Translations under genes and position numbers: made by a program
Assembly: GCA_963678065.2 (NCBI GenBank)
Contig: CAXXVZ010000003.1
Location: 2,112,001 to 2,176,000 of the forward strand
Origin: Treponemataceae bacterium
GTDB taxonomy: Bacteria; Spirochaetota; Spirochaetia; Treponematales; Rectinemataceae
Reading direction: 5' to 3'
Length of the DNA stretch: 64,000 nucleotides
In this document: positions 1-7,739 of the stretch, piece by piece
Position numbering within the stretch: the stretch's first letter is position 1
Layout: the number at the start of each line of letters is the position of its first letter
Notes under the pieces: model-generated
Databases searched by the model: none
What the model was told of the DNA's origin: nothing
The model's input: the letters and a program-made list of their open reading frames with translations, nothing else

Positions 1-10
1 ATTTCCCTTT

Positions 11-604
11 TCAGAATGGAATGGCCTGGGCGAGACGCACGACAAGCCCGATGAAAGCGCCGCCGGCCGCCCGTAGTATCACAAGCACGATGAAGCCGGT
101 AAGAAGCCCCTGCAGATAGTCGATGATCTTTCCGCGGTAGATGATCCCATTGATCCTGTGCAGGATGGGATTGAGCATGGCGTCGAGAACGAGGGAAATG
201 GGATGAAGGCTGTTCCACCGGGCAAAGAATATGATAATCCGGATCAGGATACCCGCCGAGACGAAGGACAGGAGGAAGGAAACGGCAGACCAGGCGGCAT
301 TGATGAGCAGTCCGATCACGATCCCCACGCTTATGCGGCCGGTGTAGGCTATAGTCGCGAATAGATTGTTGGCGACCGAGAGTAGTGCGAGGGCCACGAT
401 GGGGGAAAAATCGAACATGCCGGTTCTGAGCCCCGGAAAACGGGCAAAGTAGTGCAGGTAAGGATCGACGATGCTGCCCAGGGCTCTGGAAAACTTTCCC
501 TGATCGATCTCGGGAGCCCATGAAAGGAAGATCCGTATCGAGCAGAGAATCATGTAAACCGTGACGCCCGCACCCAGAAGTCGGGCAAGAACGGAAATAA
601 CCAT
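11..604 (-). CDS. YggT family membrane protein
   Basis: Two YggT-like repeats (IRIFLSW...IVDPYL...FDFSPIVAL); ATG at 604 preceded by GGAGG SD. Confidence 0.8.
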   Translation of the reverse strand: MVISVLARLLGAGVTVYMILCSIRIFLSWAPEIDQGKFSRALGSIVDPYLHYFARFPGLRTGMFDFSPIVALALLSVANNLFATIAYTGRISVGIVIGLLINAAWSAVSFLLSFVSAGILIRIIIFFARWNSLHPISLVLDAMLNPILHRINGIIYRGKIIDYLQGLLTGFIVLVILRAAGGAFIGLVVRLAQAIPF

Positions 605-764
605 GGCTTCCTCCACAGAAATCTGTAGGCTGGGAATTTTTAGGATAACGTTTCAAACCGGAATAGGCAAGATCGACTCTCTGCCCGGCCTGCCACGGCC
701 GGAGCGCAGCGCCGGTTGCTGCGCGCACGCCGCCGAAGCAGTATACTCGGAGTGGGGAGGGAGG

Positions 765-1580
765 ATGGAAACCGGAAAAATCCTCGCTGGCACATGTGGA
801 TACTCATACGATGACTGGCGAGGCGTCTTCTATCCCGAGACCCTGGCGAAGGATGATTTCCTCCGCTATTACTCGCTCTTCTTCCCCTTCGTCGAACTGG
901 ATTTTTCCTGGTACGCCATGCCGAAACCGGCTTCCCTCGCGCGGATGAGCGAAAGGACAGGAAGCGGCTTTTGCTTCGCGATAAAGGCCCACCGCAGTCT
1001 CACCCACGAGACCGGTCCCGACTGGAAGGAGCGGGCCGCGGAATTTGCCGCGGCGGCGGAGGCCCTGGCGGTGCGGGACAGGCTCGCGACCATCCTCATC
1101 CAGCTGCCCTACGGTTTTTCCTACACCGAAGACAACAGGCGCTACCTCGCGGCCCTTCTCGGCGAACTCGGCGGATTCCCCCTCGCTGTGGAATTCCGGA
1201 ACGAGTCCTGGTACAGGGAACGGGTCTTCGAGGGGCTCGCCAAACGATCGACGGCGCTAGTGCTCGTGGACAGGCCCGATCTCCCGGGACTGCCCCCCGA
1301 GGCTTCGGTAGTCACATCCTCCATGGCCTACCTCCGCTTCCATGGAAGGAATTCCGGACAGTGGTGGACGGGAGACGCGACGAGCCGATACGACTACCTC
1401 TATTCGGAGGAAGAGCTCGCTCTGCGGATACCGCGGATACGCGATCTTGCGCTCCGGGCGGCGACGGTGCTCGTCGCGTTCAACAATCATGCCGAGGGCA
1501 ATGCCATCGTCAACGCGAAAAGTATCGCCGACATGCTGAAGAGAGACGCAGACGCCGACAAGACCCCCCTCAATCCATGA
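765..1580 (+). CDS. DUF72 domain protein
   Basis: GTCGYSYDDWRGVFYP, VELDFSWY, AVEFRNESW, YLRFHGRN, RYDYLYSEEEL, FNNH motifs; GGAGG SD before ATG 765. Confidence 0.9.
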   Translation: METGKILAGTCGYSYDDWRGVFYPETLAKDDFLRYYSLFFPFVELDFSWYAMPKPASLARMSERTGSGFCFAIKAHRSLTHETGPDWKERAAEFAAAAEALAVRDRLATILIQLPYGFSYTEDNRRYLAALLGELGGFPLAVEFRNESWYRERVFEGLAKRSTALVLVDRPDLPGLPPEASVVTSSMAYLRFHGRNSGQWWTGDATSRYDYLYSEEELALRIPRIRDLALRAATVLVAFNNHAEGNAIVNAKSIADMLKRDADADKTPLNP

Positions 1581-2001
1581 TCCCGGGCCAGACCCGGTCC
1601 AGGTCATCCTCGAAACGGCGACGATCCGCGAAATCCTCTCCGCGCACTGAGGCCTGGCCTTCGCAGTCGAGCGCCATAAGAACAGCCTTGCTCCAGGACG
1701 GGCGGTTGCGGGACAGGACCTCGAAGGCGAGATCCCGGGACTCAGGATCCCGGCCGCCCCTGATGATCAACTCGAGATAGCCTTCCCCGAACAGCGTCGC
1801 GGCAGTCCAGCCCGTCGCCAGGATGAACTCGGCGACATTTCGCGCTCCGTGCGAGATATCGGGATGTTCGGTCAGCCAGCGATCGTGGAATCCTGAGATC
1901 CTGAGAGTCACTCCAGTCGAAGTGATCCAGAGCGCACCTGGATACAGCCGATAATCCCCCGCGCTCTCGGGCGCGTGCGTGGCCTCCTCTGAAGTCTCCA
2001 T
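1570..2001 (-). CDS. Hypothetical protein (143 aa)
   Basis: ATG overlaps the stop of the RluA gene (TGATG); globular-looking sequence METSEEATH...RVWPGIMD. Confidence 0.6.
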   Translation of the reverse strand: METSEEATHAPESAGDYRLYPGALWITSTGVTLRISGFHDRWLTEHPDISHGARNVAEFILATGWTAATLFGEGYLELIIRGGRDPESRDLAFEVLSRNRPSWSKAVLMALDCEGQASVRGEDFADRRRFEDDLDRVWPGIMD

Positions 2002-2657
2002 CAAGGACCTTCCCTGCCGGCACAATCCGGAAAACGCGCGAGAAATGCGGAAATGTGGTCGGGCATGGGGGATATCACCTCGACGCCCGATGGCAGCCTG
2101 AGGGACCGGGCCCAGAGCATGAGCCTTCTGACGCCATGCGTCTTCCTGACGGATTTGTTGAGCGCGAAATCCCCGTGCCGGTCGTCGCCGAGAATAGGGA
2201 GTCCTATGGAGGCGAGATGGATGCGGATCTGGTGGCTGCGTCCCGTTCCGAGGATAAGCTCGAGCGAGGAAAAGACCTGGCCGCCACCATCGTCGAGGGT
2301 CGAGATGAGACGGTACCGGGTGCTCGCCGACTTCAGCTCGCCCCTCACGCCTACCGGGTCCTCGATTTTTCCCTCGGGGCGCCCAGGAATTCCGCCGCAG
2401 ACCGCCAGGTAAGTTCTGATCACGTCTTTGGAAGCTACCAGCCCCGTCCACTTTTTTGCTCCGGCGGCCGATTTCGCGAAAACCACGCACCCCGCCGTCT
2501 CGCGGTCCAGCCTGTGAACGGGGAAAGCCTTCATGCCGAAATCCCGTTCGAATGCCTCGACGAGAGAAATCCTCACACCTTCTCCCGGCTGGGAAGGCAG
2601 GCCAGAAGGTTTGTCCACGACGACGATTTCGTCGTCTTCATACAGTCGTGCGATCAC
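2001..2657 (-). CDS. RluA family pseudouridine synthase
   Basis: VVVDKPSGL, catalytic HRLDRETAG, TGRSHQIRIHLASIGLPILGD; GTG start at 2657 inferred. Confidence 0.9.
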   Translation of the reverse strand: MIARLYEDDEIVVVDKPSGLPSQPGEGVRISLVEAFERDFGMKAFPVHRLDRETAGCVVFAKSAAGAKKWTGLVASKDVIRTYLAVCGGIPGRPEGKIEDPVGVRGELKSASTRYRLISTLDDGGGQVFSSLELILGTGRSHQIRIHLASIGLPILGDDRHGDFALNKSVRKTHGVRRLMLWARSLRLPSGVEVISPMPDHISAFLARFPDCAGREGP

Positions 2658-3051
2658 GGTGAGAAAGCATAATGGCCCGACGATTCCGGAACAAGCCATC
2701 GGCGACTGAAGGGCCCCGGATGCGTCAATGCAGCCCTTCCTGTTTGGTTTTGTTATGCATAAATATGCAGTTTTTATGCTAATGTCGAATTGAGATACTT
2801 CGCAAAACAATGCGTATTACGCTATTTGATGCTATTTGATACCAATAGCAGCAATGATTTCCAGACAACTTTAAATGGAAACGTCATAAAACATCGAATT
2901 TTGCAGAAAAACAAACAAATACTGCACCCAGGTCATTGCGACAAATCATCCGCTTCACTAGCATTGAGAGCATGATCCGGGCCTATTCGGGGACCGGATT
3001 CGACGCAGTTCATGAAGAATTCATGTACACGAAGCCCGCAAGGAGGCCACA

Positions 3052-3951
3052 ATGAAGCTGTCCAGTCTTTTGGATCCGAATCTGATCTGCATCAAGCCGA
3101 AGGTCGACACGAAAGAGCAGGCCATAGACCTGTTGATCCAGAAACTCTACCGTCACTACGCCTTCGAGCTCGACCGCGCAGAGATGGAAAAGAAGGTCGC
3201 GGAGCGTGAAAACCTCGGCGGAACATCCTTTCCCACGGGCATCGCTGTCCCGCACGCGAGGCTCGAGAATTTCAAGGACCTGATCGTCGGGATCATCATC
3301 CCTGAAACCCCCATAAAGACCGAAGCGAAGCCCATCCGCATGCTTGTCCTCATCCTGACGGACAAGTCGTCGTCGACCCTCTACCTCAACACACTGGCCG
3401 CTTTCGTGAAAATCTCCAAGGATGAGGGCAATTTCCTCCGCCTCGTCGACGCCGGGACCCCCCAGGATTTCATCGACACCCTGAAGGGCTTCGACATCAA
3501 CATCAAGAAAGAGCTCACCGTCGCCGACATCATGACGAAAGACCCCGTCACGGTCAAACCCGAGACGAACCTCAAGGAACTCGCGGATATTTTCTACATC
3601 CGCAAGTTCAGCTACGCTCCCGTCCTCGACGCGGCGGGAAGATTCATCGGCGAAGTGAACATCCGCGACATGCTCCGCCTCGGCATTCCCAACTACGCCA
3701 CCATGGTCGGGAGTCTCAACTTTCTCAGCACCTTCGAGCCGCTCGAGGAACTCCTCAAGAACGAGGACAAACTCCTCGTCAGCCAGATAATGAAAAAACC
3801 GTCCATCCAGTTTTCGCCCGACACATCTATCATCGAAGCCGTCCTCGAGATCTCCCAGAACAAGCGGCGCCACATTCCGGTAGTGGAGAATGGCAAGATC
3901 ATCGGCATCATCAGCGTGATGGACATTCTCAACAAGGTCATAAGGGGGTAG
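3052..3951 (+). CDS. PTS EIIA (Ntr/Fru-type) domain fused to a CBS domain pair
   Basis: N-terminal ERENLGGT...GIAVPHAR (phospho-His motif); C-terminal CBS repeats TVADIMT..., HIPVVENGKIIGIISVMDIL; AGGAGG SD. Confidence 0.85.
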   Translation: MKLSSLLDPNLICIKPKVDTKEQAIDLLIQKLYRHYAFELDRAEMEKKVAERENLGGTSFPTGIAVPHARLENFKDLIVGIIIPETPIKTEAKPIRMLVLILTDKSSSTLYLNTLAAFVKISKDEGNFLRLVDAGTPQDFIDTLKGFDINIKKELTVADIMTKDPVTVKPETNLKELADIFYIRKFSYAPVLDAAGRFIGEVNIRDMLRLGIPNYATMVGSLNFLSTFEPLEELLKNEDKLLVSQIMKKPSIQFSPDTSIIEAVLEISQNKRRHIPVVENGKIIGIISVMDILNKVIRG

Positions 3952-3953
3952 GA

Positions 3954-5237
3954 ATGTCAGTCGCCATGTGGATAGGCGTCGGCCTGTTCGTCGTCATATA
4001 CGCGATCATCTCCTCGGAGCTGGTCAACAAGACCATCATCGTCCTCGTCGGGGCCTCGCTTTTCATCGTCCTGCACCTTATCGGAACCGCCGAGGCTTTC
4101 AGCTCCATAGACTGGAACGTCATCTTCCTCCTCATAAGCATGATGATCATAGTCGGAATCACCAGAAAGACGGGCATCTTCCAGTACATCGCCATCAAGA
4201 CCGCCAAGCTCGCGAAGGGCGACCCGATGACCATCCTCATCCTCATGTCCTTCATCACGGCCTTCATCTCGGCCTTCCTGGACAACGTGACAACGGTCAT
4301 GATCATCACGCCAGTGACGATCCTCATCGCCGTCGAGCTCGGCATCAGCCCGATCCCCTTCATCATCACCGAGGCCATCGCCTCCAATGTCGGTGGAACG
4401 GCGACCCTCATCGGCGACCCGCCCAACATCATGATCGGCAGCGCGGCCGGTCTCGACTTCGTCAGCTTCCTCGTCAACCTCACACCCGTCATCCTCGTGA
4501 TCATGGCGGTTCTCTCCGGCGTCTACTACCTGATGTTTTCGAAAAAACTCCACGTCTCGAACGAGCGTAAGGCGCGCGTCATGGATTTCGACGAGAGCAA
4601 ATCGATCACGGACAAGCCCCTCCTCATCAAGTGCGGAGCTGTGCTGGGCCTCGTCATACTCGGCTTCCTCTTCCACGGGCTCATCGATGTCGAAGCCTCG
4701 GTGATTGCCCTGTTCGGGGCCTCCGTCCTCATGATGCTCACGGGTAGCCACGAGGTCGACGAGTTCTTCCACGACGTCGAGTGGGGGACCCTCTTCTTCT
4801 TCATCGGCCTCTTCATCCTCGTCGGCGCCCTCGTCGACCTCGGTGTCATGAAGATCCTTGCCGAGATGGTCCTGAACCTCACAAAGGGGAACATGAAGAC
4901 CACTTCGATAGCCCTCGTCTGGATTTCCGGCTTCCTCTCCGCCTTCATCGACAACATCCCCTACGTCGCGACCATGATTCCCCTCGTGAAGGGCATCGGA
5001 AACACTGTGGGCCAGGCGGCCATCGTCCCGCTCTGGTGGTCCCTCGCCCTCGGCGCCTGCCTCGGCGGAAATGGAACCCTCATCGGCGCTTCAGCCAACG
5101 TAGTTTCGGTCGGACTCGCCAACAAGTCAGGCTACAAGATCACATTCTGGGATTTCACGAAATACGGGGCCGTCATAACCTTCATCAGCATGATCATCTC
5201 GTCACTGTACATCTACCTGCGCTACTTCGTGTTCTGA
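3954..5237 (+). CDS. ArsB/NhaD (IT superfamily) ion transporter
   Basis: Very hydrophobic; SAFLDNVTT, ASNVGGTATLIGDPPNIMI, SAFIDNIP, GGNGTLIGASAN; begins 2 nt after the upstream stop. Confidence 0.9.
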   Translation: MSVAMWIGVGLFVVIYAIISSELVNKTIIVLVGASLFIVLHLIGTAEAFSSIDWNVIFLLISMMIIVGITRKTGIFQYIAIKTAKLAKGDPMTILILMSFITAFISAFLDNVTTVMIITPVTILIAVELGISPIPFIITEAIASNVGGTATLIGDPPNIMIGSAAGLDFVSFLVNLTPVILVIMAVLSGVYYLMFSKKLHVSNERKARVMDFDESKSITDKPLLIKCGAVLGLVILGFLFHGLIDVEASVIALFGASVLMMLTGSHEVDEFFHDVEWGTLFFFIGLFILVGALVDLGVMKILAEMVLNLTKGNMKTTSIALVWISGFLSAFIDNIPYVATMIPLVKGIGNTVGQAAIVPLWWSLALGACLGGNGTLIGASANVVSVGLANKSGYKITFWDFTKYGAVITFISMIISSLYIYLRYFVF

Positions 5238-5319
5238 GAAATCCGCTCCGGTCGCATGCCTCACCTGCGCCCAGATCGCTGGCGTGGCCGTTCACCCGGA
5301 CTTGTGGCCGGGCGCAGGT

Positions 5320-5360
5320 AAAAAGGCAGCCCCCTCCTGAGGTGGAGGGGGCTGTTCATT
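5320..5360. terminator. Intrinsic terminator between the convergent transporter and corA genes
   Basis: CAGCCCCCTCC-6nt-GGAGGGGGCTG stem; A-run on the left gives a U-tail on the minus strand. Confidence 0.75.
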
Positions 5361-5392
5361 TCAGGGCCGTCGCGTCAGCGGATCTACCCGCC

Positions 5393-6388
5393 TCAGTGCC
5401 TGTGGGTGGCGTTCCCCACGACGATTCCGCCCGTGACAGGTCCGGCGAGCGTACGCGCCCTCCGGGGCTTGCGATCTCGCATCAGGAAGGCTCCGAGAGC
5501 TCCGCTCGAGGAGCACAGCGCAACGATTATCAGGAAGGCGCTGGGATTGTCTTCGAAGGGGACCTTGACGTTCATGCTGAACATACTGACCACGAGGGTC
5601 GGTATCATGAGCACGATCGATATGACCGTGAGGCGCTTCATGACGATGTTCAGGTTGTTCGAGATGACAGATGCGAAGGCGTCCATCATGCCCGAGAGGA
5701 TGTCGGAGTAGATGCCCGACATCTCGATGGCCTGTTTGTTGTCGGTGAGGACGTCCTCGAGGAGTTCGGTTTCATCTTCAGAGAAGCGAATGGCGCGGGT
5801 CGTCGGGAATTTTTCGAGAAGAATTTCGTTGGATTTGATGCTCGTCGTGAAGTAGACGAGAGACTTCTCGATCGACAGGAGTTGGGTCAGCTCGTGATTC
5901 TTGACCGAACGCTGAAGTTCTCCCTCGATGATCGCTGTCCTGCGGTTGATGTCCTTGAGATAGCGCAGGTAGCAGATCGCAGCCCGCGAGAACAGGTGGA
6001 GGATGAAGGCGCTCTTGTTCTTGAGGTCGAGGCCCTTGACCCGGCCGTTCCGGATCTCATCGAGGACCTCGTTGTCGTACTGACATACGGTGATGATTCT
6101 GTCGGGGAAGAGGAGCACGCCGCAGGGCACCGTGAAATAGCAGACCTCGAACCTGGCATCGTAAACGGGAAGGCGGCAGATGATGAGCGTGTACTCGTCT
6201 TCTTTTTCGATTCGCGACTGCTCGTCGATATCCATGATGTCGAGGAGATGGTCGGGATTGACTTTGTAATCCCGTTCGAGGGCGGCGAGTTCTTCTTTGG
6301 AAGGATCGACCACGTCGATCCAGGCGAATTTACCCGGTCTCTCGACCAGGGCGAGGCGTGTGCCGTCGCTGATGCGGTATTTGACCAT
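5393..6388 (-). CDS. corA: CorA family magnesium/divalent cation transporter
   Basis: WIDVVDP, DEQSRIE, SVISNNLNIVMKRLT and two C-terminal TM helices; signature reads SMN instead of GMN; GGAG SD before ATG 6388. Confidence 0.85.
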   Translation of the reverse strand: MVKYRISDGTRLALVERPGKFAWIDVVDPSKEELAALERDYKVNPDHLLDIMDIDEQSRIEKEDEYTLIICRLPVYDARFEVCYFTVPCGVLLFPDRIITVCQYDNEVLDEIRNGRVKGLDLKNKSAFILHLFSRAAICYLRYLKDINRRTAIIEGELQRSVKNHELTQLLSIEKSLVYFTTSIKSNEILLEKFPTTRAIRFSEDETELLEDVLTDNKQAIEMSGIYSDILSGMMDAFASVISNNLNIVMKRLTVISIVLMIPTLVVSMFSMNVKVPFEDNPSAFLIIVALCSSSGALGAFLMRDRKPRRARTLAGPVTGGIVVGNATHRH

Positions 6389-6398
6389 GACAAACTCC

Positions 6399-6436
6399 AG
6401 AAAGGGCAGCACACGCAGAATACGGAAATGCTGCCC
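6399..6436 (-). promoter_or_regulatory. Putative attenuator hairpin in the corA leader
   Basis: Minus strand GGGCAGCA-17nt-TGCTGCCC followed by TTTCT, immediately before the corA SD. Confidence 0.5.
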
Positions 6437-6481
6437 GGCCGGGCCCCGCACGCGACAGTCGGGGACTCGGGCCTGGAGGCT

Positions 6482-6559
6482 CTAGTCCGATTGTCCGCGC
6501 CGGGGCGTACGTATGAATGGGGATGGTGGTTCCGAATGACTAGGGTCGGAATCCGGCAT
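6482..6559 (-). CDS. Putative proline-rich leader peptide of corA (MPDSDPSHSEPPSPFIRTPRRGQSD)
   Basis: GGAGG SD 6 nt before ATG; 6 Pro in 25 codons; lies in the corA 5' leader; not in the ORF track. Confidence 0.65.
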   Translation of the reverse strand: MPDSDPSHSEPPSPFIRTPRRGQSD

Positions 6560-6691
6560 GTACGTCCTCCTTCGCGGAATAGCCTTTTCCTGACTGGAAA
6601 TGGCGGCATGTAAGCCGTAGCTGAGTATAGCGACAGAGCTGGAAAAGGACAAGAGTTTAAAGGAAATTAACGGATCGAGAGGAAATGCCGG

Positions 6692-7681
6692 CTATGACCG
6701 CATCGGTCTCGCTGGGGCGCTACGCTCTGGAGCCGTGGCGAGAAAAACGCCTGCGACCGCGACGAGGCCGCCGGCGAGCTGCGTCGGCCCGAGCCTCTCC
6801 CCGAGAAGAATGTAGGCGGCGACCACCGAAACGACTGGTATGAGGTTGATGAACACGCTCGACTTCGCGGCTCCGAGGGTCTCGAGGGTGATGACGTAGA
6901 ACCAGTAGCCGATCGCGGAGGCGAAAATGCCCAAATAGAGTACGTTGAGCCACACCGCCAAGGGCGACGCGGGCGGCATGACAGGGAGCAGATTCGAGGC
7001 TGCTGCCGGCAGAGCCGAAGCCTGACCGGCAGACAGGGAACTCGCGACGACAGTCTTGCCTGCCCCCGCGGTCAGGTTTTCGTACAGCGCGAAGGGAATG
7101 CAGCCGAGCATTCCGAAAAAGATCTGCCAGAAGGTCACGGCGAGAAGGCCATACTTTCCGGAAAGCGGCTTTGTGAGAAAGGTGTAGGCGACCCATGAGA
7201 GTGCGGCCCCACCCATGAAGAGGTAGCCGGGGAGCGAAGAGGCTCCGCCCTTGGATTGAGTCACGATGAGCGCTACTCCCGCGAAAGACGCGATGACGCC
7301 CGTATATACCCTGAGGCCGTGCTTCGTTCCGAAGATGGCGCGCTCGGCCAGAATGGTCACGACGGGAATGGCGCCGATTATCAGGGAAGACTCAGAGGCC
7401 GAGAGCCTGAGGATACCGTTGTTCTCGAAAAAGAAATACAGCGTGACGCCGACAAGCCCGGCTGCGGCCAGGAGAGGAAGGTCACGGGGGCGCACGGCAA
7501 GCTTTTCCTTGAGCAGGAAGGCGATCAGGGGCAACAAGGCAGAGGCGACCATAAACCGCGACAGAGCGAGAGTCATGGGCGAAAGCCCCGTGAGGGCGAC
7601 CTTGATGGAGAGGAATGTCATTCCCCAGAGAAATGCGACCGCGAATCCGAGGGCGGTCGCTGTCCTGTGTGACCGGAGCAT
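6692..7681 (-). CDS. EamA/DMT family transporter
   Basis: LWGMTFLSIK, ~10 TM helices with two EamA repeats, FINLIPVVSV...LLGE; start 7681 chosen to avoid overlap with hutH. Confidence 0.85.
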   Translation of the reverse strand: MLRSHRTATALGFAVAFLWGMTFLSIKVALTGLSPMTLALSRFMVASALLPLIAFLLKEKLAVRPRDLPLLAAAGLVGVTLYFFFENNGILRLSASESSLIIGAIPVVTILAERAIFGTKHGLRVYTGVIASFAGVALIVTQSKGGASSLPGYLFMGGAALSWVAYTFLTKPLSGKYGLLAVTFWQIFFGMLGCIPFALYENLTAGAGKTVVASSLSAGQASALPAAASNLLPVMPPASPLAVWLNVLYLGIFASAIGYWFYVITLETLGAAKSSVFINLIPVVSVVAAYILLGERLGPTQLAGGLVAVAGVFLATAPERSAPARPMRS

Positions 7682-7739
7682 GGCGAACACTAGCGCCAAA
7701 CCCGTTTCTCGTCCACTGGGTCGATGGTATACTGGGGAG

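Noticed and set aside
5263..5319. 10-bp inverted repeat ACCTGCGCCC/GGGCGCAGGT as a MITE or REP
   Set aside because: I noticed only one copy in the window and no target-site duplication; probably 3' UTR structure.
4781..6613. 610-aa plus-strand ORF, and similar long ORFs at 43142-44725, 48383-49759, 49940-51244, 33569-34900 and 52471-53814
   Set aside because: Antisense or off-frame shadows of well-supported genes, expected with high-GC codon bias; no recognisable motifs.
6389..6690. M-box (ykoK) Mg2+ riboswitch upstream of corA
   Set aside because: I could not recognise the M-box conserved sequence; the uORF plus hairpin explains the leader better. An Rfam scan would settle it.
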